From: a virus
Lineage: Duplodnaviria; Heunggongvirae; Uroviricota; Caudoviricetes
Length of the DNA: 64,000 bases
IMG/VR virus record: IMGVR_UViG_3300046522_000750
Reading direction: 5' to 3' (one strand)
Under the pieces are notes generated by a model that ran no database searches, was not told where the DNA came from, and saw only the letters and a list, made by a program, of their open reading frames with translations. Of the stretch, positions 9,874 through 19,727 are shown piece after piece (positions within the stretch are counted from its first letter, which is position 1; each line of letters begins with the position of its first letter). Made by a program: the position numbers and the translations under genes.

Positions 9874-11829
9874 ATGTTCAAAGACAACCCAGCCTTGCTG
9901 CAGCTTAAAAGCGGCATGACCGCATCGGTCAGCAGCAGCAAAAAAATCGTGCTGGTTGAAGGCATTACCCGTGGCACCCGCCAGGCGTTTGGCTTCCTGC
10001 AAGCCGATGACGGCCAGTCGTACTTCATCTCACCGCCACAAATGTCCAAATGCTTGCCGGGCGACCGCGTCACCGCGACGATTCTGGAGCAGGAAGACGG
10101 CAAGACCGAAGCGATCATTCAATCGATCATCACCCCGCTGACCGGCACCTTCATTGGCACCGTACGGTTTCGTGGCGCTCACCCGTTCATCGAGCCTGAA
10201 AACCCGTACATGAGGAACTGGTTTCGCATCCCGCGCATCAAGCGTGATCGCGAGCGTGATGGTGACATCGTGGTGGCTGACATCATCAAGCACCCGTTCG
10301 ACGATGGCGCGGCACATGCCGAGATCCTCGAGATCGTCACCAACGAACGTGATCGCTCCGCGCCTTGGCGTGCAGCCTGCGCCCGTCACCGGGTGTCATT
10401 TGAATCTCCGATCTTTGATGTGAATGACGTACTGCCGACGTCGAGCAAAAGCGCTGATCATCCGACAATGCTTGACCATCGCCGCGTACCGTTTGTGACC
10501 ATCGACGGTGAATACACCCGAGATATCGACGACGCCCTGCACGCGGTCATGCTCAAAGACGGTCGCATTCGTGTGACCGTGGCCATTGCCGACGCCGAGC
10601 GCTACCTGATTCCAGGCTCGAAAACTGAAAAGGACGTGCTGGCGCGTGGTTTTACCACCTACATGCCGGGTCACAGCGTGCCGATGCTGCCAAAAGTACT
10701 GTCCGAGCAGGGCGCGTCCTTGGTTGAAGGTGAAGAACGCCATGCCGTGTTCTGCGTGCTGGACATCAACACCGAAGGCGAAGTCGTTGAATCCTCGTTC
10801 TCGCTTGGCACCATGGCCTCGCACGCCAAGCTGACCTACGAAGCCGTTCAGGAATTTCTGGATGGCAAGCAGGATGCGCTGGCGCTGGTTCATCACAACT
10901 CGATCAAAGCCCTTGATGAGCTGTGCACCCGCCGTGGCTTGTGGCGCGACAAGCATGCCCTGACCTCCTCCGGCTATTCGGACTACCGCTTTGTAGTGGA
11001 AGAGTTCGAGCTCAAAAGCGTGTGCCGCACGGAATCGATCCGCTCGCAAAAGCTGGTCGAAGAGTGCATGGTCGCCGCCAACGTCGCCTTCGCCAAGTTC
11101 ATGCATGAGCGCCAGCTTCCGTGCATTTATCGCCGTCACGACGGTATCAAGGCCGACAAGGCTGATGAGATGGTGGCGCTACTCGCGCTTCACGGCATTC
11201 ACGCTGACAGCGCGTCTATCGTCACCCTCGAAGGCTACCGGGCCCTGATGCGCGAAGTCGATGCCAAGCAAAACGAACAGCTGAAGTTGGTGCTGCGCAG
11301 CTTCCAAGCGCGTGGTTGCCACTCCCTGGAGTACGGGGCGCACTTCTCCCTGGGCTTTGAAGGCTACGCGACGTTCACCTCGCCGATCCGTAAGACCTCT
11401 GACCTGCTCAACCACCGCTCGCTGAAAACCGCGCTGCTCAATGACGGGCAGAAGCTGGAAATGCCGCAAGGCATCATTGCTCACCTGGACGACCGGATGG
11501 TTTCGACCGACCGCGCCGCCAAAGATGTTCAGCAAGCGCTGTATGTGCGCCTGTATGAGAGCAAGCTTGGCACCGTCCACAAAGCCAAGGTCGTGGCTGT
11601 GCTGCCGGCAGGCGCCCGCGTCGACATCCTCGATACCGGTGCGTCGTGCTTTATCTCAACGCGCAGTCTGGGTCGTCGTGGCGATGTGTTTGATGTCACC
11701 CCGGAAGGTTTCACCCTGATGCGTAACGGTCACCCGCTGATTGAGCTCGGTGAAGAGCTGGACGTGATGATTGAATTCGTCGACGTAGCCAGCCGCTCGA
11801 TCAACTGCGCCACTCACCCGGCGCGGTAA
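9874..11829 (+). CDS. rnb: Exoribonuclease II (RNB family; CSD-RNB-S1)
   Basis: N-terminus MFKDNPALLQLK...EG..RGTRQAFGFL...SYFI.PPQM resembles gammaproteobacterial RNase II; catalytic TIDGEYTRDIDDA; HFSLGFEGYATFTSPIRK; C-terminal S1-like region; GAGG RBS. Confidence 0.93.
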   Translation: MFKDNPALLQLKSGMTASVSSSKKIVLVEGITRGTRQAFGFLQADDGQSYFISPPQMSKCLPGDRVTATILEQEDGKTEAIIQSIITPLTGTFIGTVRFRGAHPFIEPENPYMRNWFRIPRIKRDRERDGDIVVADIIKHPFDDGAAHAEILEIVTNERDRSAPWRAACARHRVSFESPIFDVNDVLPTSSKSADHPTMLDHRRVPFVTIDGEYTRDIDDALHAVMLKDGRIRVTVAIADAERYLIPGSKTEKDVLARGFTTYMPGHSVPMLPKVLSEQGASLVEGEERHAVFCVLDINTEGEVVESSFSLGTMASHAKLTYEAVQEFLDGKQDALALVHHNSIKALDELCTRRGLWRDKHALTSSGYSDYRFVVEEFELKSVCRTESIRSQKLVEECMVAANVAFAKFMHERQLPCIYRRHDGIKADKADEMVALLALHGIHADSASIVTLEGYRALMREVDAKQNEQLKLVLRSFQARGCHSLEYGAHFSLGFEGYATFTSPIRKTSDLLNHRSLKTALLNDGQKLEMPQGIIAHLDDRMVSTDRAAKDVQQALYVRLYESKLGTVHKAKVVAVLPAGARVDILDTGASCFISTRSLGRRGDVFDVTPEGFTLMRNGHPLIELGEELDVMIEFVDVASRSINCATHPAR

Positions 11830-11841
11830 ACCACCAACACA

Positions 11842-11870
11842 CCGGGCGGCTTGATGCGGCCCGGTTTTCT
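11842..11870 (+). terminator. Possible rho-independent terminator after rnb
   Basis: CCGGGC...GCCCGG stem followed by TTTTCT. Confidence 0.45.
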
Positions 11871-11980
11871 TGAAGTTGTGAGGTGTTGTAAACCACTTTT
11901 TTGCACCGTAAACCTTTGTGGTTAACGGTGAAATTTTGAGGTTTACACACAATCATTTTATATATATTGAGACAGCCACG

Positions 11981-12169
11981 ATGACTGACAAACCAAACTT
12001 CGCAGAGAAAGAAACCTTTACCGTTGAAACCAACGGCCTGGGCTGCGTGACCATCACCTCACACGCGCTCGCCCAGCCGACGTTCCTGACCTCCGATCAA
12101 GCTCGCGATCTGGCGCGCCACCTCAACCTGAAGGCCAATGACGCTGATTGGCAGAACTCGGTGTTGTAA
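11981..12169 (+). CDS. Small hypothetical protein (62 aa)
   Basis: ATG at 11981 within track ORF 11918..12169; followed by a terminator. Confidence 0.55.
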   Translation: MTDKPNFAEKETFTVETNGLGCVTITSHALAQPTFLTSDQARDLARHLNLKANDADWQNSVL

Positions 12170-12186
12170 CCTAAATGCGTGCAAGC

Positions 12187-12223
12187 AAAAGCCACAGGCC
12201 GGTTAAGGTGCTGTGGCTTTTTT
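12187..12223. terminator. Bidirectional rho-independent terminator
   Basis: AAAAGCCACAG-loop-CTGTGGCTTTTTT between convergent genes. Confidence 0.75.
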
Positions 12224-12238
12224 GTTTCTGCTGATCGG

Positions 12239-13228
12239 TCAGCTGTAGACTTTGGGGCTCGGCGACTCGGTGCTCGTGGTCATAATGTGGGTGTAGATGC
12301 TCTTGGCTGACACTACGTCCAGCGGCTTGCCCTCTTCTGACACTACCACCACCTTCGACACCTTCCCTTCCTTCATGCGCAACAGGATGTCCATCAGGTT
12401 GTCCTGGGCGGAGCCCACGATCACTGCCCGGCACACCTCAGATACCTTACCGCCATCACCGGAGATCAGCCGGGCCGCCATGTCGTGGTAGTACATCACG
12501 CCGACAATCTCCCCCTCCTCCTTGACCAGCACCTGCTTGCCAAAATACTTGGAGGCCAGCTCACGGCATGCTTCGATCTCAGAGTCCTTTTCAACGGTCG
12601 GCATAGTGCTGACGTGCACCAGGTCGCTGAGCGTAAACTTCTTGATGCGAAATACGTTGTGAAGCATCTCTGACTCAGCGCTTTCAATCAGCCCTTCCTT
12701 ACGGTAGTAGTTGATCGTGCTTTTGAGCTCCGACAGCGTCATCTTGCGCTTGTTGTTCATGTGGAACAGGTCAACCCACATCAGCGTCAAGTAAACAAGC
12801 GGGGTCATCAACAAGTAGATACCGCGAGCCAGCCAGTCAAAGTGCATCAACACCTTGTCATAATGCGCACGCGCAAACAGCTTTGGCAGTGTGCGACCAA
12901 ATACCAAGTTGCAATACGTAAGCCCCATGAGAAAGACCATGACCCAATGGCCAGCCATTTTCCCATAGGCCATCGCACCGAGCATGGAGTTGCTCAGCCC
13001 GAATGTAATGGCTGAAAAGACCATCATTGCCGCCATATGCTGATCGCGCTTGTCCACAATCTTAATCAAGCGCTTGCGCGTCTTGTCTTTGATATGAGGC
13101 ATATCAAGCATGATAGCCAGCCTAATTTCATCGGCCATCATGACGGAACTGTCTATACACGCCAGCAAAGCAGAAAATGATACATACACAAGTGCCGCCA
13201 CGAGAAGGACGGCAATATCTAAAGTCAT
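12239..13228 (-). CDS. CNNM/DUF21 transmembrane plus CBS-like domain protein (CorB/HlyC-like)
   Basis: Hydrophobic N-terminal helices, FGRTLPKLFA motif (cf. DUF21 FGE..PK..A), then EGLIESAESEMLHNVFRI (cf. EG.i...E..mi..vf.f) and degenerate CBS repeats; likely start 13228. Confidence 0.8.
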   Translation of the reverse strand: MTLDIAVLLVAALVYVSFSALLACIDSSVMMADEIRLAIMLDMPHIKDKTRKRLIKIVDKRDQHMAAMMVFSAITFGLSNSMLGAMAYGKMAGHWVMVFLMGLTYCNLVFGRTLPKLFARAHYDKVLMHFDWLARGIYLLMTPLVYLTLMWVDLFHMNNKRKMTLSELKSTINYYRKEGLIESAESEMLHNVFRIKKFTLSDLVHVSTMPTVEKDSEIEACRELASKYFGKQVLVKEEGEIVGVMYYHDMAARLISGDGGKVSEVCRAVIVGSAQDNLMDILLRMKEGKVSKVVVVSEEGKPLDVVSAKSIYTHIMTTSTESPSPKVYS

Positions 13229-13374
13229 GAAAGTTGGATACCAAAAACGGAGTACTGCAAAAATGTCAATCAATAATATAGCAATATACTTATAAAAGAT
13301 ATAACGAATATTGAATCTGTCACACATGAACAGGTATTCATCCAACTGCAAATTCATCTTCTACAGCCACAAAA

Positions 13375-13395
13375 AATCCCGCACTTGGCGGGATT
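13375..13395 (-). terminator. Terminator downstream of the rep gene
   Basis: AATCCCGC-ACTTG-GCGGGATT stem with an adjacent A-run (a U-tract on the minus strand). Confidence 0.7.
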
Positions 13396-13414
13396 CTTGT
13401 CTGACCAAAATCGC

Positions 13415-14332
13415 TTAGGCGACTTCGGCTTCGATCACTTTCCAGTTAGCCTTGATCCTGGAGATCACCTGCTCGCGGCTCTCACCGGGTTTGGCGTGGG
13501 CGACGATCTCTTCTTCGGTGATGGCTGGCTGGCGCTTGCTGGCGGCACGAGGCTTGGCAGCCGCTTTGGTTTTGGCTTTGGATTTGCCTGGCTCTGCCGC
13601 GTTGGATTCAAGCAGCAAGTCTTCCTGCACCTGATCCAGGCCAAAGTTTGGCTTGTCTTCGTAACGAATCTCGATGGCCGCAATCCGCTTGCCGTCACGC
13701 TTAGGGCGGAAGGACAACACGTTGATGTCGCTGGCGCGATTGACCTCTTTGATGGCCTGTTCAATCACCCGCTTACGGAAGTCCGCATAGGCCGGATACT
13801 GATCTTCCGGGATGTCCATGGCAAAGCGAATAACGTCCAGAGGCAACAGCACGGTGAATTTGCCGGTGAAGCGGCTTTTGACGATCAGTTCATAGAGTCG
13901 CGCCGAGTTGAACGTCGACAAGCGCACCACCGCTCGCAGGTTGTATTTGGTGTAGCTGGTCTGGATCGCCGACAGGTAGGGCAGCATGTCGGTGGCAAAA
14001 CGCAGCTCGATGCGGCCTTCGTTCTTGAGGTAGTCGGCGGTCTGCACCAGACGCGTCTTACGTTTGCGATTGGACATGCTGAAAATCACTTCACGGTCAT
14101 ACAGCGAATCCACAGCTTGCTTGAGCTCGGCGTATGCCACCTTCATGGTGATCCCGCACAGCTCCGCAAATTCCCTGGCCGTGACGCCGTACATGATCTG
14201 ATCGGTCACCTGGGCTTCAGGATTACGATTGATCTTAGCGATGCAGGTCAAAATCACCCGATTTTCGGCCACGCTCAGCTTGTAGCTGGCCATCATCAGG
14301 TCATTCGATTTGTAAACCTGTAAGTCGCTCAT
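13415..14332 (-). CDS. repB: Plasmid replication initiator, Rep_3/RepB family
   Basis: VYKSNDLMMASYKLSVAENRVIL, YL..EGRIELRF...MLPYL, YTKYNL..V..LS...S.RLYEL and Y..Y.DFRKRVIEQAIKEVN..SDI are typical Rep_3 winged-helix motifs; adjacent iterons; likely start 14332. Confidence 0.92.
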   Translation of the reverse strand: MSDLQVYKSNDLMMASYKLSVAENRVILTCIAKINRNPEAQVTDQIMYGVTAREFAELCGITMKVAYAELKQAVDSLYDREVIFSMSNRKRKTRLVQTADYLKNEGRIELRFATDMLPYLSAIQTSYTKYNLRAVVRLSTFNSARLYELIVKSRFTGKFTVLLPLDVIRFAMDIPEDQYPAYADFRKRVIEQAIKEVNRASDINVLSFRPKRDGKRIAAIEIRYEDKPNFGLDQVQEDLLLESNAAEPGKSKAKTKAAAKPRAASKRQPAITEEEIVAHAKPGESREQVISRIKANWKVIEAEVA

Positions 14333-15229
14333 GTCAGTGTTCCTTGCAACGTGTGTCCGTTCTAATTCTGGGCATCGTAGGCGAAAGAATCGCGGCCAGC
14401 ACTCAATTTGGCCAATGTCACTGGAAAACCGACAAATGGGTCGCAGAAAATGTCCACATTTGCGTGTTTTTTGAGCAAAAAGCTGATCCATCACGGTATT
14501 TTTCGCAGACCAACTGATGAGTGGAGTACTGGAATCTGTCCATATTTGGCCGAAGCCTTGGAATGGCTGGAGGTTTTAGCCCGATTTCTCGCGAAAGAGG
14601 CGTAAGCGCCCGGTTTTACGGGGCTTTGCTCACCGGCAGATCCACTTTCTACCTGAATCTGTCCATATTTGCTCAGAAAGTGATCAATCGACCGTAGGCA
14701 TGTCCTGATTCTGTCCATCTTTGACTATTTTTCGATCAGTCCCGTCGCTTTAAGTCCTGCATCTGTCCAGATTTGTCTCAATGGGTGGCTGAATCTGTCC
14801 ATATTTGATTGTTTTTTGCACGATTTTAAGACCTAAAACTTCACAAATGGCGTCTAACGCTATGTTTTTACTGAGTATTTGTTTATCACGACCGGCAGTG
14901 ATGAAACGCGACCTCATGGTCTGAATCTGTCCATATTTGCCGTTTCGACCAATGAACACGGGACATTAGGCTCACATCAACAACGCCAGCCATGAAAGAC
15001 CCCAAGCAAAACCGTCCTGAATCTGTCCACATTTGCGCCACGAACGCACTTTTTTGGCCCGACCAGGCCAGGCAGACACCCGGAATCTGTCCAGATTTGG
15101 GCATTTTCCATGCACGCTTACCCACATATACCCTGTATCTGTCCAGATTTGCTGAGAAAACAGGCACTAAGCGACCTTTGCTCGGGTATATGTCCACATG
15201 AAATCGCATAGCTGTCTATGCGTTCGGAG

Positions 15230-15238
15230 TTATCCACA
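15230..15238 (+). promoter_or_regulatory. DnaA box TTATCCACA
   Basis: Perfect consensus inside the iteron cluster. Confidence 0.8.
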
Positions 15239-15648
15239 CGGAATCTGTCCATAAATGAGGGTGGTATCTGTCCACCTCTCGTCGCATATCCGTCCAGACC
15301 GCTTCGCACAGATGTCCAGTAAACACCGCATAAACGTCCACATGAAAATCCTGAAAGCCTTATAGGACGTGGCCCGCAGAGCAGTACAAATAGAAAGATT
15401 TTAAAAGATGAAATCAAAACCAAAACACGCTTCGCGCCACAGCGAAAAGCAAAAGCAGGTTGACCAGGATGGAGGCGGCTCGCCGATCTCTTTCCAAATT
15501 TAGATGACTGCCGGCCAGCAGATCGTTGTCATATGAACCATGACGAGGCATTCGCAATTCGTAAGCAGATCACAAGCAAATGCTTCCAAGCCTATGATTT
15601 ACCTATAGATGTCCATATGAAATCGCACAGCTGTCTAGGGATAATGAG

Positions 15649-15657
15649 TTATCCACC
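15649..15657 (+). promoter_or_regulatory. DnaA box-like TTATCCACC
   Basis: One mismatch; same register in the duplicated origin module (+419 bp). Confidence 0.65.
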
Positions 15658-16271
15658 CGGAAAGTGTCCAGATTTGCACCCTCTATATGTCCAGATCCTT
15701 TCGCACAGCCGTCCAGATCAAATCGCATAGCTGTCCATTGCCGGTCGCATAGCCGTCCATGAAACACCCTGTATCTGTCCACATCTGAAACCTCGAAGCC
15801 TTGATCCACGTGGCCTGTAGCCCGATCAAATGGAAACGGAAATTTGAAAGTTAAAACTAAAACCAATTCCAGGCAGCGCGGAGATCAAAAGCGAGTAATC
15901 AGTACAGTGGGCGATTCAAACATTTCGGCAGCCTATTCCAATACCGGCACAGTGATATCGCCGGGGGCGGTTTTCAATCTATGGATGAGGACACCCGGAA
16001 TCTGTCCACATTTGGCGCTATATGAATCGAGTGGGCTTTTTAAAGTGGCCATATGATGGCGCTTAAGGTTATGGCGCCGGCCTGGAGGGAATAGGGAGTT
16101 TGCGAGATTTTGCTTTTGTTTGGCCCCAAACCAAATGGGCTTTTGGCTGCTGAGTCTTGTGCCAGTTATTAAGTGTTGTGGGGCGTCGATTATTGCGATG
16201 AGGATATGTCTAATAAAGCTGTCATATATGAAAAAGGGCGCCTAAGCACCCTCCTCGTAAGGTCATCGATA

Positions 16272-16538
16272 TTATCCTTTGACACTTACCTTTCCCGAAC
16301 GATAGTAATGAACGCCCACGCCTAGCAAAAAGGCAGCGAGTGTCATGACCGTCGTCCGAACATATCCGCATTGCTCGACAGATCGATTCAAGATCGCCAC
16401 TGAAGCATCAGCTTCTGGAAGCGAATTGATCACCGATTGAAGTTGATCCGTAACATCTTTGATCAACACATAGGAAATCACATAGGCGATGATAGCGAGG
16501 AGGATGAAAGCGATGCCTGATTCCGATCTGCGTGTCAT
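16272..16538 (-). CDS. Small membrane protein (88 aa, two hydrophobic segments)
   Basis: ORF with N- and C-terminal hydrophobic stretches. Confidence 0.6.
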   Translation of the reverse strand: MTRRSESGIAFILLAIIAYVISYVLIKDVTDQLQSVINSLPEADASVAILNRSVEQCGYVRTTVMTLAAFLLGVGVHYYRSGKVSVKG

Positions 16539-16562
16539 AAATTTCTCTTCTTTATCCGGTGA

Positions 16563-17141
16563 TTAGTGCGAAGCGGTGAGCGATGGATCGCGAGCCCACT
16601 TGAGTTTAAAGGCTTCGAGGATTTTTTGATTGTCCTCATCGCCTTTTTCGCTCGACCACACCTCTTGGTAGACCAGGACTTGCTTGAGCTCATTGCCGCG
16701 AACGTATTGCGCAATGTCATCAATAACCCCATCGGCCTGCAACCACGTCTCTGGAATTTGTGAGTAGGTCGACCGTAAACCTTCGTGTTTGGCGTGATTG
16801 TTGGCCTTGTCCTCATCGGTCTCCAGCACCGGCACCTTGAGGATCTTGGTTTTGGCCACCAGACTCAGCGACGAATCCTGAGTGATGGAGTATTCGTCGG
16901 CGAGCGCTTTTGCGTCCTCGAGCTCCATGGATTTCAGGTAACCATAATAATCGTGGTACGCCGGGCCATGTTTGATGACCAAACCCCCATGGACATACAA
17001 AAACTCGGTCTCCGACTCGAGAATCCACGTCACCTCGCGCTGGAACTCCACGGGTTTGCGCTCACCGCCCATGGTCACGAACTCAACGAAGGTTTCGTTG
17101 GTGACTTCGGCAACAGGGCCTATCGAGTGGATTTTTTGCAT
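16563..17141 (-). CDS. Hypothetical protein, paralogue of 17370..17918
   Basis: Shared H..GP....T.E.FVE....GGE...F.R...W..ESET...Y.HGG motif. Confidence 0.8.
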   Translation of the reverse strand: MQKIHSIGPVAEVTNETFVEFVTMGGERKPVEFQREVTWILESETEFLYVHGGLVIKHGPAYHDYYGYLKSMELEDAKALADEYSITQDSSLSLVAKTKILKVPVLETDEDKANNHAKHEGLRSTYSQIPETWLQADGVIDDIAQYVRGNELKQVLVYQEVWSSEKGDEDNQKILEAFKLKWARDPSLTASH

Positions 17142-17369
17142 GGGAGCGGCCTCAGAAATCTTTAATGGGTATAGTGATAGAATACTGTAATTTATTTGAA
17201 TTGCAAGAATTCAAATGTAATTTGTTGAGTATTGACTGCGATCAGCGCCGGCTTGGTTTCACACAACATATGGCCATGGATGCGTTTCAAGCGTGAATCT
17301 TCAATGCAAAAAAAGCCCGCCGCCGCTGAGCCCAAACTCAACTGCAACGAGCTTTCTGTTTTTTCTGGC

Positions 17370-17918
17370 TCAGGCCCAGCGTGCTTTGAACGCCTGGATC
17401 GCCTGCTCATTTTCTTCGTCCGAGCGGTCGCTCGACCAAGTGATCTCGCAAGCCAGATCCGGTTTCTGGGTGTTGGCCTGGAAGTACTTCTGCTCCCCGT
17501 TGAACCACCGCTCAATCAGCCAGGAATCCGGCATTTTGGTGTAATGACGCATCTCACCTTGCTGCTTATCGGCATTGTGGCGAGCATTTTCAGGGGTCTC
17601 AAAGAGCGCAAGCTCGAAGACACGGGTGGTCGCTTGAACGACCAATGTGCTGTTCTGATCGATGGAATAACCTTTGGCAAGGAGCTTGGCGTGTTCGATG
17701 TTGATCGAACTCAAGAAGCCAAACGCATCGTTGATCGTGCAATCCTTGCCGATCTGCTTTCCGCCGTGCAGGTAACGGTAAGTGGTCTCAGACTCGATGA
17801 CCCAGTGAATGTAACGAGAAAAAGACAAGGTCTCCATCTCACCGCCGACCATCAGACGCTCAACAAAGTCCTCTTCGGTGATCTTGTTGATCGGGCCTTT
17901 GGTGTGGAAGATTTCCAT
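17370..17918 (-). CDS. Hypothetical protein, paralogue of 16563..17141
   Basis: Collinear similarity through to WSS.....N.....AFK..WA. Confidence 0.8.
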   Translation of the reverse strand: MEIFHTKGPINKITEEDFVERLMVGGEMETLSFSRYIHWVIESETTYRYLHGGKQIGKDCTINDAFGFLSSINIEHAKLLAKGYSIDQNSTLVVQATTRVFELALFETPENARHNADKQQGEMRHYTKMPDSWLIERWFNGEQKYFQANTQKPDLACEITWSSDRSDEENEQAIQAFKARWA

Positions 17919-17930
17919 TTAGCGGTGCTC

Positions 17931-18293
17931 CTAAAGCTGAGAAAACGCTACGTTGACCTGCGAATTTTCCGAAATGTTACCTTCCATCCCGCCTAGCGAA
18001 ATCACAGCGTTAACAGGATGACTGCCCGGCTCGCGACCATCTGGATAGCAATACTGGATGTCGATATCAGCCCACCAGACTGACTTTCCATCACTGCCCA
18101 GCCTTCCAAAGTACTGACAGCTGCCATCAACATCGCGAAAACGTACCGGCTTACCCACGCTGGCCGGTGATAAGGAGATCGCCTCGACTGTCACCAGTGT
18201 AGTTTGCTTGGTGTACACGTTATGAACCTGGCGTGCACAACCTACGCTTGCAACCACAACAAGCGCCAGCAAAAAACCACTTAAGCGACTCAT
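17931..18293 (-). CDS. Putative lipoprotein
   Basis: ATG at 18293 overlapping the upstream stop; MSRLSGFLLALVVVASVG-C signal and lipobox. Confidence 0.6.
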   Translation of the reverse strand: MSRLSGFLLALVVVASVGCARQVHNVYTKQTTLVTVEAISLSPASVGKPVRFRDVDGSCQYFGRLGSDGKSVWWADIDIQYCYPDGREPGSHPVNAVISLGGMEGNISENSQVNVAFSQL

Positions 18294-18826
18294 TTGGCAT
18301 CCCTCGCTGCCCAGCGCTGCTTCAACTCTGCAGCTTCTTTCAGCAAGCCCGCCTTCCACTGCTTAAACATGACAGCCCGGCTGGTTGGACATTCGTTACG
18401 AATGACCAGACCAGGGCCCACCATGCGCTTGAGCTTGCGAATCACCGCGCTTTTGTCCGTTGACCAGTTCTTGTAGATGCCATCGACCCGGCCCTGAAGC
18501 TCTGGATCGCTCACACGCAACTCGTACTGGTATTCGAAACGAAGGAAGTGATCGTCGTAATATTGATGATCTGCCCACCACGCATCGACGTCGCACTTGA
18601 AGTCCTCAATCAGACTCGTCATGCACGGAAACGTGCTGTACAGGCTGCCACTCGGAGCCCAGTAGCAAATTTTTGGCTCAATGCCGGTAAAAACCAGCTC
18701 TGCCTTAGCACCCCGGAAGCGCTTACGGTGCTCAGGCATGACTTGGATATGACTCTTTTTATTGCTGTACATATCCCAGCCAGGGCACTCGCCCGATAGC
18801 TCGCAGATTTTCTCGATGCCTGGCAT
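18290..18826 (-). CDS. Hypothetical protein, paralogue of 18922..19479
   Basis: Shared F.GA.AEL.FTG, FK.DVDAWWA, YELRVSDP.LQG.VDG, DKS.VIR..KRMVGP and RNEC.TSR. Confidence 0.8.
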   Translation of the reverse strand: MPGIEKICELSGECPGWDMYSNKKSHIQVMPEHRKRFRGAKAELVFTGIEPKICYWAPSGSLYSTFPCMTSLIEDFKCDVDAWWADHQYYDDHFLRFEYQYELRVSDPELQGRVDGIYKNWSTDKSAVIRKLKRMVGPGLVIRNECPTSRAVMFKQWKAGLLKEAAELKQRWAARDAK

Positions 18827-18921
18827 TTCTTGTACTCATCCTGAAATAATTCTAAAACAGTATATCAAAACAATACTGTTTGCAATATTGAATCAACCAC
18901 CTGGTTCAGGGGCCTGAGTTT

Positions 18922-19479
18922 TTACGCAGCCGGCGAAGACTCGGCTTGCTGGCGAGCTTTCTGCTCCCAGTATTCGATAGCCGCCTTCTTGGCACCTTGG
19001 TATTTGAAGCGCTTCCAGATTCTGAAGATTTCAGAGCGGCTGGTCGAGCATTCGTTACGCACGATCAGGTTCGGCCCAACCATGCGCTTGATGCGCCGAA
19101 TGACGTCGCTTTTGTCAGACGAAGCATGGCTGAATACGCCGTCCACAACGCCTTGCAGCGCTGGATCTGACACTCGCAGCTCGTAGGTGTGCCGTATGCG
19201 CAGGAAGTAGCCTTTTTGCTCCTGAGAGGCCCACCAGGCGTCGACATCGCCTTTGAACTTCCAGGCCAATTCCCAGACGTCGTCACAGTTGATGTAGGTG
19301 CCGCCGCTACGGAACTTGCCGCACTCCTCCACTTCACAGCCGGTAAAGATCAGCTCCGCCTGGGCGCCTTTAAACAACGGACGGAACTGCGGCAAGATCG
19401 GAAGCTGGCTGCGCAGGTGCCGGAACCACCAGAACTCCGGGGTTTCACCGCTGAACTGGCACTCGATTTCTCTGGACAT
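18922..19479 (-). CDS. Hypothetical protein, paralogue of 18290..18826
   Basis: Collinear with 18290..18826, sharing the same motifs. Confidence 0.8.
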   Translation of the reverse strand: MSREIECQFSGETPEFWWFRHLRSQLPILPQFRPLFKGAQAELIFTGCEVEECGKFRSGGTYINCDDVWELAWKFKGDVDAWWASQEQKGYFLRIRHTYELRVSDPALQGVVDGVFSHASSDKSDVIRRIKRMVGPNLIVRNECSTSRSEIFRIWKRFKYQGAKKAAIEYWEQKARQQAESSPAA

Positions 19480-19529
19480 CGTGTCTACTCAAAAAATATG
19501 GAAGCGTTGACGGCCAAGGCCGTCACTGT

Positions 19530-19727
19530 TTATTGATCGGTTGGCGGATCGAAGGAACGGGCCTGGATGCACAGCTCATGAGCCTCTTCGAGCCTCTTTT
19601 GACCGTCCTCGAAGCCCATACGGTTGCGGTCGTTACCATGCAGGCCATGCGCAGCTCCTACGAGGCGCTGTAACTCAGCAATGACCTTGAGCAAATCCTT
19701 ACGCGAAGGCTTCTTGGTGATGTTCAT
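19530..19727 (-). CDS. Small hypothetical protein (65 aa)
   Basis: ATGA overlap with the radical SAM gene stop. Confidence 0.55.
   Translation of the reverse strand: MNITKKPSRKDLLKVIAELQRLVGAAHGLHGNDRNRMGFEDGQKRLEEAHELCIQARSFDPPTDQ

Larger units (their letters stand above)
14445..16014 (+). repeat. Replication origin: iteron cluster, consensus CTGAATCTGTCCA(T/G/C)ATTTG
   Basis: Copies near 14445, 14531, 14653, 14705, 14757, 14789, 14921, 15017, 15081, 15133, 15241, 15661, 15769 and 15995, all in one orientation, directly upstream of rep; no credible ORF. Confidence 0.9.

Noticed and set aside
10396-11580. Minus-strand ORFs of 247 and 133 aa
   Set aside because: Antisense to rnb
13385-14323. 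312 aa plus-strand ORF
   Set aside because: Antisense shadow of the Rep_3 gene; no recognisable motifs
14408-16056. Short ORFs with recurring KYGQIQ/ICPD peptides
   Set aside because: They are translations of the iteron repeats, not genes
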